Of a DNA stretch of 64,000 bases, positions 1 to 13,114 are shown piece after piece. Source of the DNA: Paraspadella gotoi (Eukaryota; Animalia; Chaetognatha); NCBI GenBank assembly GCA_051294375.1, contig CM119268.1, forward strand, positions 22,571,996-22,635,995, given 5' to 3'. The stretch's first letter is position 1. Each line of letters begins with the position of its first letter. The notes beneath the pieces were generated by a model that was given only the letters and a program-made list of their open reading frames with translations, made no database searches and was not told the origin of the DNA. Both the position numbers and the translations under genes were made by a program.

Positions 1-1119
1 ATCACCTGTCGACGAAGGACGAAGTTGATAGCAGACTCACTCACTCACTTCTTTTCTACTTGTGACCAAAGGCGGCAAGGGTGCCTCTTAACATTACGAC
101 ACTGCTGTCAACGATAATATATCTTCTCTTCTTCTTCTTCTTCTCTCTCTCTTCTTCTCCTATTCTCTCTCCTCACCTTGTGCCAACCCTCAAGACGTCG
201 ACGCTGTCAGCAACAATCTTTCTCTCCTCTTCTCTCTCTTCTCTTCCCCTCTCTCTCTCTCTCTCTCCTCACCTTGTGCCCAAAGGCGGCAAGGGCGACC
301 CTCAGCACTTCGACGCTGCCAGCGACGATCTTGGGTTGTTTATTGGCGAATCCATTGATCAACTCTTCCTGCGCGACTTCGGGTCGATCGATTTCTATAA
401 TCATCAGGCAAATCTCCAACGCCTTCTCCTTTACTTTGGCTCTGAGGGAAATGGAAGAAGGAAGAATTTACTGCAAATAAACTGAATTGTAAACACGGCT
501 CTTTTTACAAATATCCCATTCTTTTCCAAAATTCATATAAAAAAATAAACAAAATAAATGGATTGTGAAGTCTTGATGGAAGGCTTTCAACGTTCTGCTA
601 TTATTATTATTGAATGATTGGATAATTTTAAATTGTAACAATTTTATAAAGGTAAACCATTTCCTTGATGGAAAAAAAAATTCTACATTGTACATATACA
701 TATACAGTTCCGCCAAAACAATTAATTTGTCCCCACATCCTCATCTCCTACTTCCTCATGGTCCACGTTTCCTCACCACCCCATCTCTCCCCTCCCCAGC
801 CCCCCCCTCCGCTACCTGGGCGAGTTGAGGCATTTGTTGACGATGCCGGCGACCAACTCGGCGGCGATCTTGACGGCGACTGCGGCGTTCTCCACGAAGG
901 CCAACGTCGCCTCCATCGCCTTCTCGTGGGCGATGGCGTTGGACTCGACGACGAACTTGCGGACGAGGCCGAGGAACTTTTGGAATTCGGGCGACTTCTC
1001 GTCGTCGATGCGGGCGAAGAGTTTGGCGCACTCTTCGTAGCCGGCCTGACGGGCCTTCCACGCTTTGTGCTGCACCTTCTCGTCCGGGGAAGCTTGAGCC
1101 ATTCCGTGTCGTCGCCCAT
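1..1119 (-). CDS. CKAP5: CKAP5/XMAP215/mini-spindles microtubule polymerase, first exons (TOG1); runs off the window
   Basis: MGDDTEWLKLP..DEKVQHKAWKARQAGYEECAKLF..FVVESNAIAHEKAMEATLAFVENA..ELINGFANKQPKIVA resembles the XMAP215 N-terminus. Exons 1119-816, 441-273, and one starting at 5, with GT/AG ends. A 1-bp frameshift falls in the G run at 1086-1089. Confidence 0.93.
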
Positions 1120-2352
1120 CGCAGTCGTTTGATTGCGACGGTGTGGAGAGAAGGGGAAGAGGGGGTTGAAGGATCAAGAGGCTTGTCGCTTTATTGTCTT
1201 TCCGAGATTCGAGTCTTTGATTGTCAACGAAGGGAAGAATTACGGATCAGTGTTTAAAATCATCGAGATCACGCAGAACCCTCGAAATAACGTAGGCTCC
1301 GAAATTCTGCCTTGGTTTTATGCGGCACTGTAAATACGAATTACGTGAAAATAATCATTACAAATAAACAAAAATAAACAATAATAACGGACTAATAACT
1401 TATAACTAATAACGGTCGCCGGTTCGAAACGGCGTTCGAGATGCCAATGAAACGTCATTTGAGATGGCATTTCATCGTCATAGAGACGACAATAACGTGA
1501 CGGTTATCGGTTCAAAGTTGCCGACGATTGTCAAATAGCAAGTGGAGAAAAATCTTTGCAGCTGCCTGAGAAGAAAAATGGGCGTGGCTGAGTTTTTTTC
1601 CGGATCCTGGTCCAACTCGTCGACGTTAAATGGTCTCAAGTTCGAATCCGCCCTTTAAGGTTCTGCGCGGTTCTTGGTTTTAAACGAAGAAAACAAAGTG
1701 AAGTGTCTTTTGTTCCGCAGATAGAATCGGCATTGATCGTTTACTAATCCCAATACAATTATAATTAAAAGTAATACCGATAACGGCGTAAAAGGAAGCG
1801 ACATAATATTCTTTTTTTTTAAATTAACGTAACCCCGCCGTATTCTCTCTCCCCTTCTTCGACGAGTAAACACGAGGGCGGCGGGACGAGACAGAAGTTG
1901 ATTCACGTTCTCTCTCTCTCACTCACCCTTCTTAGTCTTAGAAGACTTGACGGATAGAGACAGAGTCGATGCACAAAAGAGCATCGAGAGGGAGACGAGA
2001 CATTCCGGGCCGACGGAAAAGCAAGGCCCTTAGCAACGGGCAAGCCGTACAACCGGGGCCTACAGTCGAACAAAAATTTGAAACCTAAGGGTGCTCGCAA
2101 AACCCGTCGTCGGTTCGTTAAAAGCGACGCTCGCTGAATCGGTTTAACGAAAACGGACGGAACGAGAAAATATATATAAGTTTTATCGGACCTGGGAAAA
2201 AGTTTTGGACACAAGAGGAGAGAGAGAGAGAAACATCATCGGGGAATCGCGTGCCGAAGCCGCGTCCAGACTATGGGGACACGAAAAACCTTATAGAATT
2301 AGAATTATAACTTTATTTTAAATGAATATAAACAAAAGTTGATAACAAGAAA

Positions 2353-5300
2353 ATGTCCCTCAAAGCCGTTCCTTTGCTGTACCTTAATTTGGGAGGGGAA
2401 ATGCTTTACATTTTGGATCAACGACTCAGAGCGCAGAACATCCCGCAGGTCGGTCACATTGCATCGTCGCCGACGGTGGACTGGGCAGGAATTTATTGGG
2501 ATTTGGGTTAGAGTCAAAAAGGGGTCTGTAATAATTAAAAATTAATCACCAAAAATTTTGACAACTAAAAAGGCGTTTATGACAATTCCTAAGCCAAAGA
2601 AGAGCAAGAATAAATGCTACGATGAAGAGCTATTGAGTCTTGTTCTATTATTCAGGACAAATCGAAACGAGTCCTTCACGACATCCTGTGCCACATGTTG
2701 GCCAAACCCTTCGTGGTGGAACTGTTTAAGCCCCAAGAGATCTACTCTAAAAAGGCCATGCGTACCGTTTTCGATCACCTGGCGCATTCCTCGATCATGA
2801 GGCTCAACACAGGTAATAAATGCTAAGTTTTCTTTACTTGTTGAAAAATATTTGTTGAAATGAATTTTTATATTATGAACGTTTGGTTTGAAGAAGTAAA
2901 GGTCATTAGAGTTGCGAATTCAGATTACGGATTACAGATCCACAGTAGTCTTGATGTCGCCACTTTAGTCCACACTGCTCAAACCCACCGCCCCCCCAGC
3001 GTCAATGGACAAGTTGTTCGATCTGATGACGATGGCAGTCAAGTATCAACTCTCGATGGCAAAAAGACCCAAGGAGATGCTCCTCATCACCCTCAATCAC
3101 TTCGACACTGTCTACGAGTTCGTTAGAGACAACGCCTCCTGTCGCGCCCTCATGGAGGAATTTTATCAACTGTTCACTGTGGTGAGTGAGGATTGATCAA
3201 AGTATTTGATAATGTTCAGTAGTAATGAATTAATAACTAATCGCAGACTTACGGCACATGTCCCCGGGAGAGCTGCAGTTCATCAGATACACCCTCCTCA
3301 ACTTCTTTCAAGACATGCACATTCGCGTCTCGATATTTCTGAAGGACAGGTCAGACTTTCGGCTATATTCTATTATAAGTTTATGTTCTTTTAGAAGAGT
3401 TGATTTCCTTTTTCTAGTTCATTTTTATGCTTCAATTATCAACATCAAGTTTATTTTTTGGTCCCTTGATTAAAAGAAAAACCTTGAGCTGAGGTTCCCT
3501 CGTTCATTTTCCTTAACTTCTTTTTAATTCTTGCTATCAAGAGTCCAAAGTCAAGACGGATTCTTCATTTACGAAAAGGGAGGATCGGTGCCTCATGATA
3601 CGGAAATACCAGGAACGATTAGGTGAGTTTCCTTGGAAATATCAAAATTTAATGAGTAAATATTAATATTATAAAATATGCATATTATTGGACCAGTATT
3701 GATTGATGAGCGACTCTCAACGATTTCCAAATAAAATATTCAATGAGAAATCGATGTTCGACTTCTTTCAACCTTTCGCTTTCTTTTTTTTTATTTTGTT
3801 CTATTTATAACTTTCTCAACTCTTTTATAATTCTGGAAAAAACTCTGCTAATCTTTTTTGCGCCGAATAAATAAATTCAGGCGGGAGAAAAGAAACGCGA
3901 TCCAGTGTTTTCGTTTTCGTTTGATCGATGGGAAGGAAAAAAAAAAAGGAGCAACGTTTAGGAAAATGATCCTTTCTTCATGGCCTCTGGGCTAAAGAGG
4001 AGGATGATTAGAAAGTCCATAGAAGATATCAAGACTCAAGAGGCAGTCAAATCCGTTACAGAAGAAGTCCCCCCTCTAAAAATTTTAGATACAAAAAGTA
4101 TATAATAACTTCCCATAATTTATTTCAATGGATCCTCGCAATATCCAACAATTTTCTCCCTCCGATTGTCATCTTTCAAACAGAGTGTATGGGTCGGATG
4201 GAACGCCGTCCAAGATGGAGACATTCAGCCCAGGGGAGATCTATCAGTTGTCGGAACCAGAGGGATCGGACGACCGGTTCGGGGCGAGGGGCACCACTCT
4301 CGGCAACAACATGTAAGGCTCATGAGTTAGAAGAGTTAAGTTGAATAGTCTTTCAAAAAAGGAAAAGAAAGGATAAGAAATAATATTGACTAATTGAGTA
4401 AGCAATGGCAAAAAAAATGACAAAAGTACAATGTAGTAGCTATCAAAACCTCTCTCAAACCAAGACTAAGAATCATATCTCCCTCCCCTCCTTTCCTCAA
4501 GGTACGCCGGAAAAGCGCAAGCCGCCTCCAACGCCCTCCAAACTCGTCCACCAGCGCCTCCTCGACGGGAGTCGGAGCTCGAGGATCTCCAAATCGCCGC
4601 CAGCAAAATCTTACCCGTCAAAGTCTGAATCCGGTAGGAGAGAGGAGTTTGACTGGATAGGATGGAAAAAGAGGGTTAAGGAGAGGGCGGAGGAGAAGGC
4701 GGTTGGAAGAGATCGACAAAGGGGAGAGAGGGAAGGGTGGAAGTAATCGGAGATTAAAGAAAATAAACAGCTTCGAGGGACAAAAGAAAAACAAAGGCAG
4801 TTTTGGAAACTTCAAGGAAAAAAGAGGCCAAGGTGCTTTAACTTCGGTTTTGAATCGATGGAAAAAATCATGTGATCAAATCATTTAGTAATGAGTAGGG
4901 ATGTCAAATGGGTATTCTTTCAATGAGTACGAAACATTTTTATAACGCATTGACGTAGGTGGAGTGAAGGTGGGGTCCAACCCTCTCGCCGAGACGGAAC
5001 TCCGGCTTCTGTCCACGTTGATCGGAGCGGCGCCGCGAAAAAGGGAAAGGAACCAAAGTGCAAGAGGCCGAGTTCAAGCTGAATCTCTTCAACGACGCCC
5101 ACGAGGAGCAAGAGTATCAAGAGAGGTAAAGGACAAGAGGATAAGTCATAGGATGTCGGGCAATGATGGAGGATCGATATTAAGAGTTGGGAGACAAGGT
5201 GCTAATTGTTTGTGGCAATGAAAAGGATGATTAAGAGATGCGTAGCAGTATTGAACAAATGAGTCACTCAACTTTAGAAATAAATTGATTAAAACAGGAT

Positions 5301-5696
5301 TTGTGAGATGGGAAAGTTTTGGAGAAAAGAAATCGCGATCAGACCTACGCCATTGATCTCTCGCATCGAGTCATACTTTTCTTTTGCATAGTTATTGTGT
5401 GTTATGTATGTTTTATTGTTAACCTTTTGCGCATAATCAATCTCTATTTCACGGATCCCAGGCAAAGCGGAGACGGCCTGGTCTCCCGCACGATCAGCAT
5501 AGACGCAGCTTCGTCGGACAAAAGGAAGAACGAGAAACTCGCGAAAATCATGACCGACTTGAGTTTGGACGACAACGACGACGACTACGACGACAGGAAG
5601 GGATCGAGACGAGGATCGGGAAAGGGGTCGAGGATCAAAGGGTCGAGGGTCAAGGACAAAGGCGAAGATCTGCTCGACCTCATGGATCAGCTCTGA
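2353..5696 (+). CDS. OSCP1: Organic solute carrier partner 1 (OSCP1), multi-exon
   Basis: Begins MSLKAVPLLYLNLGGEMLYILDQRLRAQNIP; contains HLAHSSIMRLN, SMDKLFDLMTMAVKYQL, IRYTLLNFFQDMHIRVSIFLKD and RGTTLGNNM; ends KGEDLLDLMDQL*. Divergent from CKAP5. Confidence 0.93.
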
Positions 5697-7129
5697 CAAT
5701 CAAAAAGAGAAGGAGAAGGGAAGGTGTTCTTTGTGTCGAGTTCCGTCGATTGGGGGGGGAAGAAGACAGATGGAAAGTGAGAGACTAGTTTCGTTTAAAC
5801 GTTCGTTTAAATTCTGAATGTGATCTTTTTTTTCTTAGAAACAAAATCTAGTGACAATTTTATTTTTTTCATTTCACCGCGAAACAAACAACACCGCTTT
5901 CACCAAAACAAAAACCGTGAAAGGTAGAAAATTGTGGGTTACTTATTCCCTCGTACCAGTCACCATCCTTCCCTCCTTTTCGTTTTCGTTTTTTTAGAGA
6001 AGCGCACTTATACATGTTACGACGATACGATTATCAAGTCGTTAATAACATTAGCTATGTCGTTAATTTATTAAAACGTTAATGGGGAAGTGCTCAACCA
6101 ATAGGCTAGTTTTATTTACTTCTTATTATTGCGACTTCAGTTTTTTTTTTTTTTTTTTTTTTTTAAATTTCTGACCACCATTTTTTTATGAGATGGTTAA
6201 ACACGTTGCATATCGGCTTCTAACATCGTCATTAGTCAGAGACCAACTGTTTTTTTGCACGTTTTTCTTTTCTTTCCCGAATGCTGAATCTGAGAAATAT
6301 TCAAAAAAAAAAATATCTGTCAACTCAAATTAAAATCGTATCTGCGAGGTTTACTGCAAAACTAAATCTGGCATTGCTTAGTGTTTCTTTAAGAGTTAAT
6401 TGGCATTAGGAAGACAATACATTTGTATGTACTTACTAGCTAGCTTTTTTACTGCATAAAAAGGACTTGGTGAGTGAAAATATGAGTCGCCTCATTATTT
6501 TCTACATAAGGCATGCCTAAAAATTTTCATTGATTAAAAAACATTTTAATAATCACGATGTTGATGTTCATGATGACGATGATGATTGATGATGACCGAT
6601 AAAGGGAAAAGGAAGGCGAAAAAGATGGGAAAGGCGGAGGATAAAGGAGAGAAGATTTTTCCGCGATTCACGTTGCGAGAATTTTTGACGTTAAGAGTTA
6701 AAATAAAGAAAAATCAAGAAAAAACTAAGCGTTGCATTTAATTTCGGATTAAAAGATGGAAGAGGAATCAGAAGAAACTGAGAAACTAAAAAACACAAGT
6801 CACATGCGCGCGTCACAAAGGAAGAAAAATTGCGACAACAAAAATATAAAAACTTATCAACGTAAGTAATAAATATTGAGAAAATAATTTGGACTATCGA
6901 CAAAATAAAGGCGAACAAAAACTACCCAAAAATAAATGACAAGGATTTAGCGACAACCACGGTCGTAATTCAACTGAAACAACCCGACCCCATCTATTGA
7001 CCTCTGCTGCATTTTTTTTTTATTGAAGTCTCGTTGATGTCAATGCCGTCTTACAATTGAATCCATTCAATATGGAGATGGTACAATTTGGACATGCAAT
7101 GGACAATAATCACATCTCCGACCTTTCAG

Positions 7130-8015
7130 GCAACGCGGCCAACGCCAGAGAAAGAGCGAGGATGAGAGTCTTGAGCAAAGCCTTCGGTCGATTGAAGACG
7201 ACGTTACCCTGGGTTCCGCCCGACACTAAACTCTCTAAACTGGACACGCGTTAGGACTCGACCTCAAGCTACATCGGTGAGACCATCTATCATTATTCAT
7301 CGACACAGCAATACACTCAATACAATATGACAAAATTGAACGTTTCCAAATTCATCGTCAGGTCACTGAGAGCGATTCTCGAGGACAGCGATGAACAACG
7401 AGTCTTTTCTCATCCTCTCAATTGGTAACTTGAGTGTAAAGTGAAAGAGAATGTATTGTCCCTTTAATAGTGGCCCGTTATATAATACATTAATTTGAAT
7501 GAATGATATTGGTTGTACCATTTCATAAATTAACTTAGTTTGAGATTTCTTTTGCATCTATGGCTAAGAAGTATTTTCCACTTGCAGTGACGTAATGACA
7601 ATGGACTTTCGCAAGCATATCCTTTTTATTGACTCTTTCAGATAAGGCTTTCCTCATTCTCTTCTCTTTCAAACAGTCTTTCCCACTTCTTTTACAGAAA
7701 AGGCCTTGCGCCATTTCTCTCTTTTAGAGAGGGCCTTTCCAACGCATTAGTGTATATTTGTTTTCGGACATGACTTGGCCTTTCCGACTTTCCTCTCAGA
7801 CATTCCCTTTTCTTAATTTGTTTCAGACATGGCCTTTCACTTTCGGGGAGCCGAAATCTCATCTCGTCCTCGGGAAACGAATCTCTCGATCGAACTCAAG
7901 ATTCCAGTCAAGAATCAGAATCGGGTCCGTGAATAATAATGAGCATCAGTTATTGAAAATGGACGAGGACGTTTGGCATTCAATTTATTATTTATTTTTC
8001 ACAGAAACTGTTTGA
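7130..8015 (+). CDS. bHLH transcription factor of the MyoR/musculin/TCF21 family, reading frame disrupted by single-base indels
   Basis: [39 protein letters not shown] at 7130-7250; HLRAILED..HPLNL at ~7362-7425 after restoring missing bases; TWPF in the exon from ~7828. First exon not resolved. Confidence 0.8.
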
Positions 8016-8742
8016 ACGACATTCTCAATTTATACTATCCGGGCAAAAAAGTTATATCGCCATACGTAAACAAAGATTATTATTTTTTTTAATTTTATTT
8101 TTTTTAAAAAATATTATAAATTTCTATATCCATTTTTTTTATTAAAATCTTTTTGCTTCTTCTTATTATAACAGCATTTAAAAATAGTGAACAAGATATC
8201 AAAGATTGTTTACCTTAAATATTTTTTTTTTTGCTTTTTACTTAAAATAATGATATTAGTTTCAAATTCTTTTTTTAATTTGAGCTAAAAAATATATAAT
8301 TTAATTTATTTTTTAAATAATAATTTTTAATTATATATATGGCTACATACATTTTTCCTAGATAGTATTTAATATTAAAAATAGAGAATCAAATGACTCA
8401 TAAATAAATATATGCTGACAAGTTTTTTTGATTTCATCAAAAAAAACCATTTTTTTTATTTAAAAAAAAAATTATTTTTATTAATCAAAAATCCAGACTC
8501 CGTTCCATGGTTCGAAGACAAAGATTGCAAGAAAAAAAATAAATAAAATTAAAAGCAAAATGGGGTGAGTCTCTCTATTATAAGAAATACTACTGAGTAT
8601 TCGTGACCAATCAATTTAAACTTAAAGTAAAAAATAGACAAGTTTTCTTGACGAGCGATGAATTTCCCGAAATTCCGAGACCCGACATTTTTTTTTATCA
8701 CAGATTTTTTTTTTCGATTCCAATTCGTGACGTTTCTCATCG

Positions 8743-9840
8743 TCACGTGACACTTCCAGTCGGCGTCACTCCAGGTGTCTCTTCGAGAGGCGCCACATCT
8801 GGCGCGCCGATAACGTTGTCAGCGAGACGTGGCGCCGGATCGAGGGCAACTGGCGACGCAGTCTCCGACGCGAATTCCTCTGGCGGTGCTCCCGGCGTCA
8901 TAGTCCTTTCCCGTCCAACACCGGCAGTGACGCCGCCTTCCAGAGAGAAAGTAACATCTTCTTCGTCGGAGGGAGAAGGTGCTTTTGCGGCGTCGCCGCT
9001 TTCGAACGCGGCTTCTGCGGCGGCGACGAAGCATTCCGACTCCGGGTGGCAGAGGCCTCGAAAGAAGTGTTCCTCGTCACGGCAGCATTCGCGCGGCGGC
9101 TGCGCTGCTGCCGCTGCAGCACTCGGCCGCTGCCCCGAGTCGCGTTTCTTCCGACGGTGAGGTTTTCGTCTTCCAACGCGACGAGGTGGTGAGACCTCGT
9201 CGTCCACATCGTCGTCATATTCGTAGTCCTCAATGTCATCGTCACCGGCGCAAGAACCCGAGCGCGAATTGATTAGCGGCAATTTCGTCGTCGTCCTCGT
9301 TTTGTCCGGTGGTTTTTCTCGAGCGCCGATCAGAAAGGATCGCGTCAAAGGATCGAAGCCTCGCGTCAAAGGATCCACGGATCTCGTCAAAGGATCGAGC
9401 GCCAATCGCGTCACTTTCTCGTCGTCGTCGTCTTGCTCGTCCTCGGATCGACCGCAGGGCGTCGTCGCAGCAGCGGCAGCCGGCGACGCGACGCCGGAAG
9501 CAGCGTCGCCGGACGACGTCGAGCGAGAGTCCAATCTCGGAAGTTTGGTCGGAGATTTAGTGGGCGGACTGTTGGAGTGGCTGGTGTGGGCGCGGCTGCC
9601 GACGCTGGTCCGGCTGAGCCATCCCGGTTGAGCGACGTCGGTGCGGGATTCGCACGAGTCGCTGCCCGATCGAGAACCCTCGCGATCGGGGAAGATTGGC
9701 GGGAGAAATGAAGAGGACGAATCCGCGCGCGGCGGTTTGAGAGAAGACGATGACTCGGAGGTTGGGAGAGGCGGCGGTGCTGACGCCGACGTTCCGGACG
9801 ATTCCGGCGGCGGCGGCGAATCTTCGGCGCCGGACATCAT
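8743..9840 (-). CDS. Uncharacterised Ser/Pro/Asp-rich protein, ~365 aa, apparently single exon
   Basis: Long ORF with exon-like GC content between AT-rich flanks; ATG ATG at 9840; basic cluster RRKPHRRKKR; three DPLTR repeats. No family recognised. Confidence 0.6.
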   Translation of the reverse strand: MMSGAEDSPPPPESSGTSASAPPPLPTSESSSSLKPPRADSSSSFLPPIFPDREGSRSGSDSCESRTDVAQPGWLSRTSVGSRAHTSHSNSPPTKSPTKLPRLDSRSTSSGDAASGVASPAAAAATTPCGRSEDEQDDDDEKVTRLALDPLTRSVDPLTRGFDPLTRSFLIGAREKPPDKTRTTTKLPLINSRSGSCAGDDDIEDYEYDDDVDDEVSPPRRVGRRKPHRRKKRDSGQRPSAAAAAAQPPRECCRDEEHFFRGLCHPESECFVAAAEAAFESGDAAKAPSPSDEEDVTFSLEGGVTAGVGRERTMTPGAPPEEFASETASPVALDPAPRLADNVIGAPDVAPLEETPGVTPTGSVT

Positions 9841-10313
9841 CCTCGCCGAGACTCGAGGGTCTTCGTGCCGCACGAGAATTTTTTTTGTTTTTAAGTTTTT
9901 GTTTGTTTGTTAATAAATAAATATATCCTACGGGGCAACGATATCGTCGATGGAGTTCGACATCGATTACGAAAATGAAAAATTCCGAAGAAGTGACCGG
10001 GCGATTTTTTTAATCCAATTTAAAAAGGAGATTAATTCGATGGAAAAAAAAAGATAGTTTCTAAAAAAAAAAAATATTTAACGAGTTTCCGGGAGAAAGA
10101 TTAGAGAAACATAACGATGTAAAATCGAAATGAAATGAAGAAGGGGGGAGAAAGAAAAAAATCCGGGAGGACAAATTATCAGACAGACGAAATTAATGAC
10201 GGTCAAGTTTATCGGAATCGAAACTCGACGAACGAAAGAAAAAAGTCGGGGAAAAAGGATCCTCATCTTAAAATGGGAACGAAACCAAAACTTGATAAGA
10301 TATCATTTGGTCT

Positions 10314-10344
<31 letters not shown>

Positions 10345-10543
10345 TGAGACGAGAGAGAGAGAGGCGGGGGAGAGGTGGGAGGGAGAGAGCGGAAACCGCG
10401 AGGAATCAAGACTGCGTTAACCACTTCCGATTTATTCCTTTATTCATTTTCTCTCTTTATAAGAAATTCTTCTCTCGTCTTTGTTTAATGCGTCATAGCG
10501 GATGGAAAATGGGTAGAGGGGTTAGGGATAAAAATGGTGGGGT

Positions 10544-10655
10544 GACTGGAAAGAGTGGAACCAACCATTCGGACTGGAAAGAGCGGAACCAATCATTAGG
10601 ACTGGAAAGAGCGGAACCAATCATTAGGACTGGAGAGAGTGGAATCAACCATTTG
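10544..10655. repeat. 28-bp minisatellite, 4 copies
   Basis: Unit gactggaaagagcggaaccaatcattag and close variants. Confidence 0.9.
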
Positions 10656-11694
10656 AATAGCAAAATGTACTCGATTTTAAGAAAAACGAGGCCTCCGTAC
10701 GAAAGACTCAATTACTTTTGTCAACATTCGAATATTTTTAGTTTTTAATCGAATCATTTGGATTAAATTCGTGTTTATATCAAAAAGGAGAAAATTGGTT
10801 GGCATGAAAAGAGTTCCGGTCAAAAAGGTGGAAGCGACTCGGGGAATGTGTAAAGCACGAGGATTTAGGGTAGTAACTAGTAAGGATTAATATTTGCGGG
10901 CCGAATAACGATCTTTAACGTTTATGATATCCCTGACGAAAATTATCCGCATAATATTATTAATAATTGGTGTAAATTTAAAATTAGAATCCTAAAAAAC
11001 GATAAACAAAGATAAAGGGGAGTCTACAAAATAGCCATGATTAATAATCCATCGCTAATAGTTGGAATAATAGCAGGATAACGATGAAGTTAAATTGATC
11101 TATATCTGGCTTTTTCGGATACTTGTTGTTTCATTAATAACGTCGCCAAATCGAAAAACAATGATCATTCGGCCACAAAAGGAAATCTCGATAACAAATA
11201 CTTTGTCAACGTCAATTCCTATCATTGACTCAAATTTGACCCTCGCTGAAAATGACCTTCGCGTCAACGTCATTGGAATTTCGCTCAAGTTCTTCGTCTT
11301 CCTTCATAGAAAATCGCGTATGACCCGAAATGGGGCCAAAGACGACGACGACAACGTCGATGATTGGGCCTGGTCCAATTGCCATAGCGTGCTAGCCTAG
11401 GACGTAAGACCATCCATGGAGAAAATGAAAAGAGGAAGGGAAGGGGGAAGAATGAAAGAAAGACAGTTCGGGAAAAGTTGCTCAGCGAATAGACAACTCG
11501 TATTCTCAAAGCTCACGCGCAAAGCTCAATTTCATAAATTGAGAATGACGTTATTTTTGAAGTTTAAACAAACCAAAAAGAACAAAGGGGAAATAATAAA
11601 ACTTTTGTGCTTAAGACTGACCTTTTCTTTTCTCTCCTCCGACATCGGTTATAAATAATTACTTCCTTTTAATTTCCGCTCTGGTCGAAGTCTT

Positions 11695-11697
<3 letters not shown>

Positions 11698-11753
<56 letters not shown>
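11698..11753. repeat. (CT)n microsatellite
   Basis: Pure tc run. Confidence 0.95.
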
Positions 11754-11756
<3 letters not shown>

Positions 11757-12885
11757 GAAGGCCCATTTCCAAGGGACCTACGTCAAAGATTAAATATTTG
11801 TTCTAATCATATTTAAACCGAATCCTTTTGAAAGAATTACGAATCAAACGTAAAAGTGAGAAGGACCAAATCAAATGATATAACTCAAACGGTTAACCAA
11901 CCGTGAATAAAATATTTTCTTCGAGTCGAATAATAATAATTACTCCGATCAGCCATACCAATAAATCATTTCGGTACGCGAAAGTGAGGAATGTAGCTCC
12001 TATGGCTATAAAATATGTCCTAAAATTATACTACATGCAATCTTCAAGTTAAAAAACTTAAAATTGCACAGAAAGAATTTTTTTTTAAAGAAAAGCAAGT
12101 CAGTTTCTAAAAAAAAAACATTCAGAACGATGACTTTTTTTTTCCTCAAAATAAATTCTTAACGAGAGACCATCTTTAGCCTTTCATAATAGTAAAGAGC
12201 CGTAGACGTACACGAGCCATTCCCGTCCCCTGGTCACGAGATCGCCGTTCGTCTCGACGGCGGAAGAGGCTTCTCGATCGGGAATGAGAAATCGGAACCA
12301 GGATGCGTCCACCGTCGAATCCTCATCATAGAATCCGTCAGGGAGAGAGACCGACGCCATAAATCACGGCTCTTCCTACCCCCCCCTGTTGGCCTTGACG
12401 AACACGGGCGAATATATTTAGAAAAGAAGTTTTCTTTTACCTTTTTTAATTTTTTTTTTAAGGAATAAAAATAAAATCCCCGTAGCCTAATTCAAGGTCG
12501 ACGAAAAGTGGGAGGGATTTATTGTCGTTTCGAGAGACGACGGGAGCTTTTGATTTTGTCCGCCAGGGGATCAAGTTTCAATTGGGTTAAGGAAGTAGGG
12601 CTGATCTCCATGAGGGGATTCATAGCGCAATAGATGCGGATTAATGAATACAAATGAACAAATTATACAACCAAGACCAAGAACTTAAACGTTTTATTGC
12701 GATGGTGTTTTCCCCCCCTTCTTTTTCCATATCTTGATAAACACTTTTTTTTCGAAATTCCAATATTTATTTAGTTCTAAATTAATTTTTAAATGGAATC
12801 TATTTTAAATAAATATTTTTTAGACTGATTGCAATTGAAACTTAACTAATCCTAATAATGACAGCAAATGAGACGGATAATTTCT

Positions 12886-13114
12886 AAAAACAAGGAACGG
12901 TTATTCCAAGGTGTTGCGCCGCATTACATTTATTTTTACTTATAAGGCGGCGCCAGTAATCGCTTAGATTTGATTTTTAACAAATGAACAACAAACTATA
13001 AGCAAGTTATAAGCGTTTTTAACGTAAGAGGGACAGATCGACGGACAGACATAACGACCGACCGAAAAGTGACTTATAGAGTTGCTCCGCGAGTACTCGC
13101 GGCGCAACTAAAAA
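12886..13114 (-). mobile_element. Non-autonomous Helentron-associated (HINE/DINE-1-like) element
   Basis: Minus strand begins tttttagttgcgccgcgagtactcgcggagcaactctataagtcac (hairpin), then gtcg/gtct/gtcc tetranucleotide-type repeats, and ends gcggcgcaac...cttgtttt. Subterminal inverted repeat ttgcgccgc/gcggcgcaa; T-rich target. Confidence 0.7.

Noticed and set aside
1086-1089. Frameshift in CKAP5 exon 1 (pseudogene or programmed frameshift)
   Set aside because: One base missing in a homopolymer of an essential gene; most likely a consensus error.
1581-1653. tRNA-like segment with GTTCGAATCC
   Set aside because: No T-stem or anticodon stem, and it contains an internal T7 run.
10544-10655. 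CRISPR-like periodic repeat
   Set aside because: Head-to-tail units with no spacers, in a eukaryotic context: a minisatellite.
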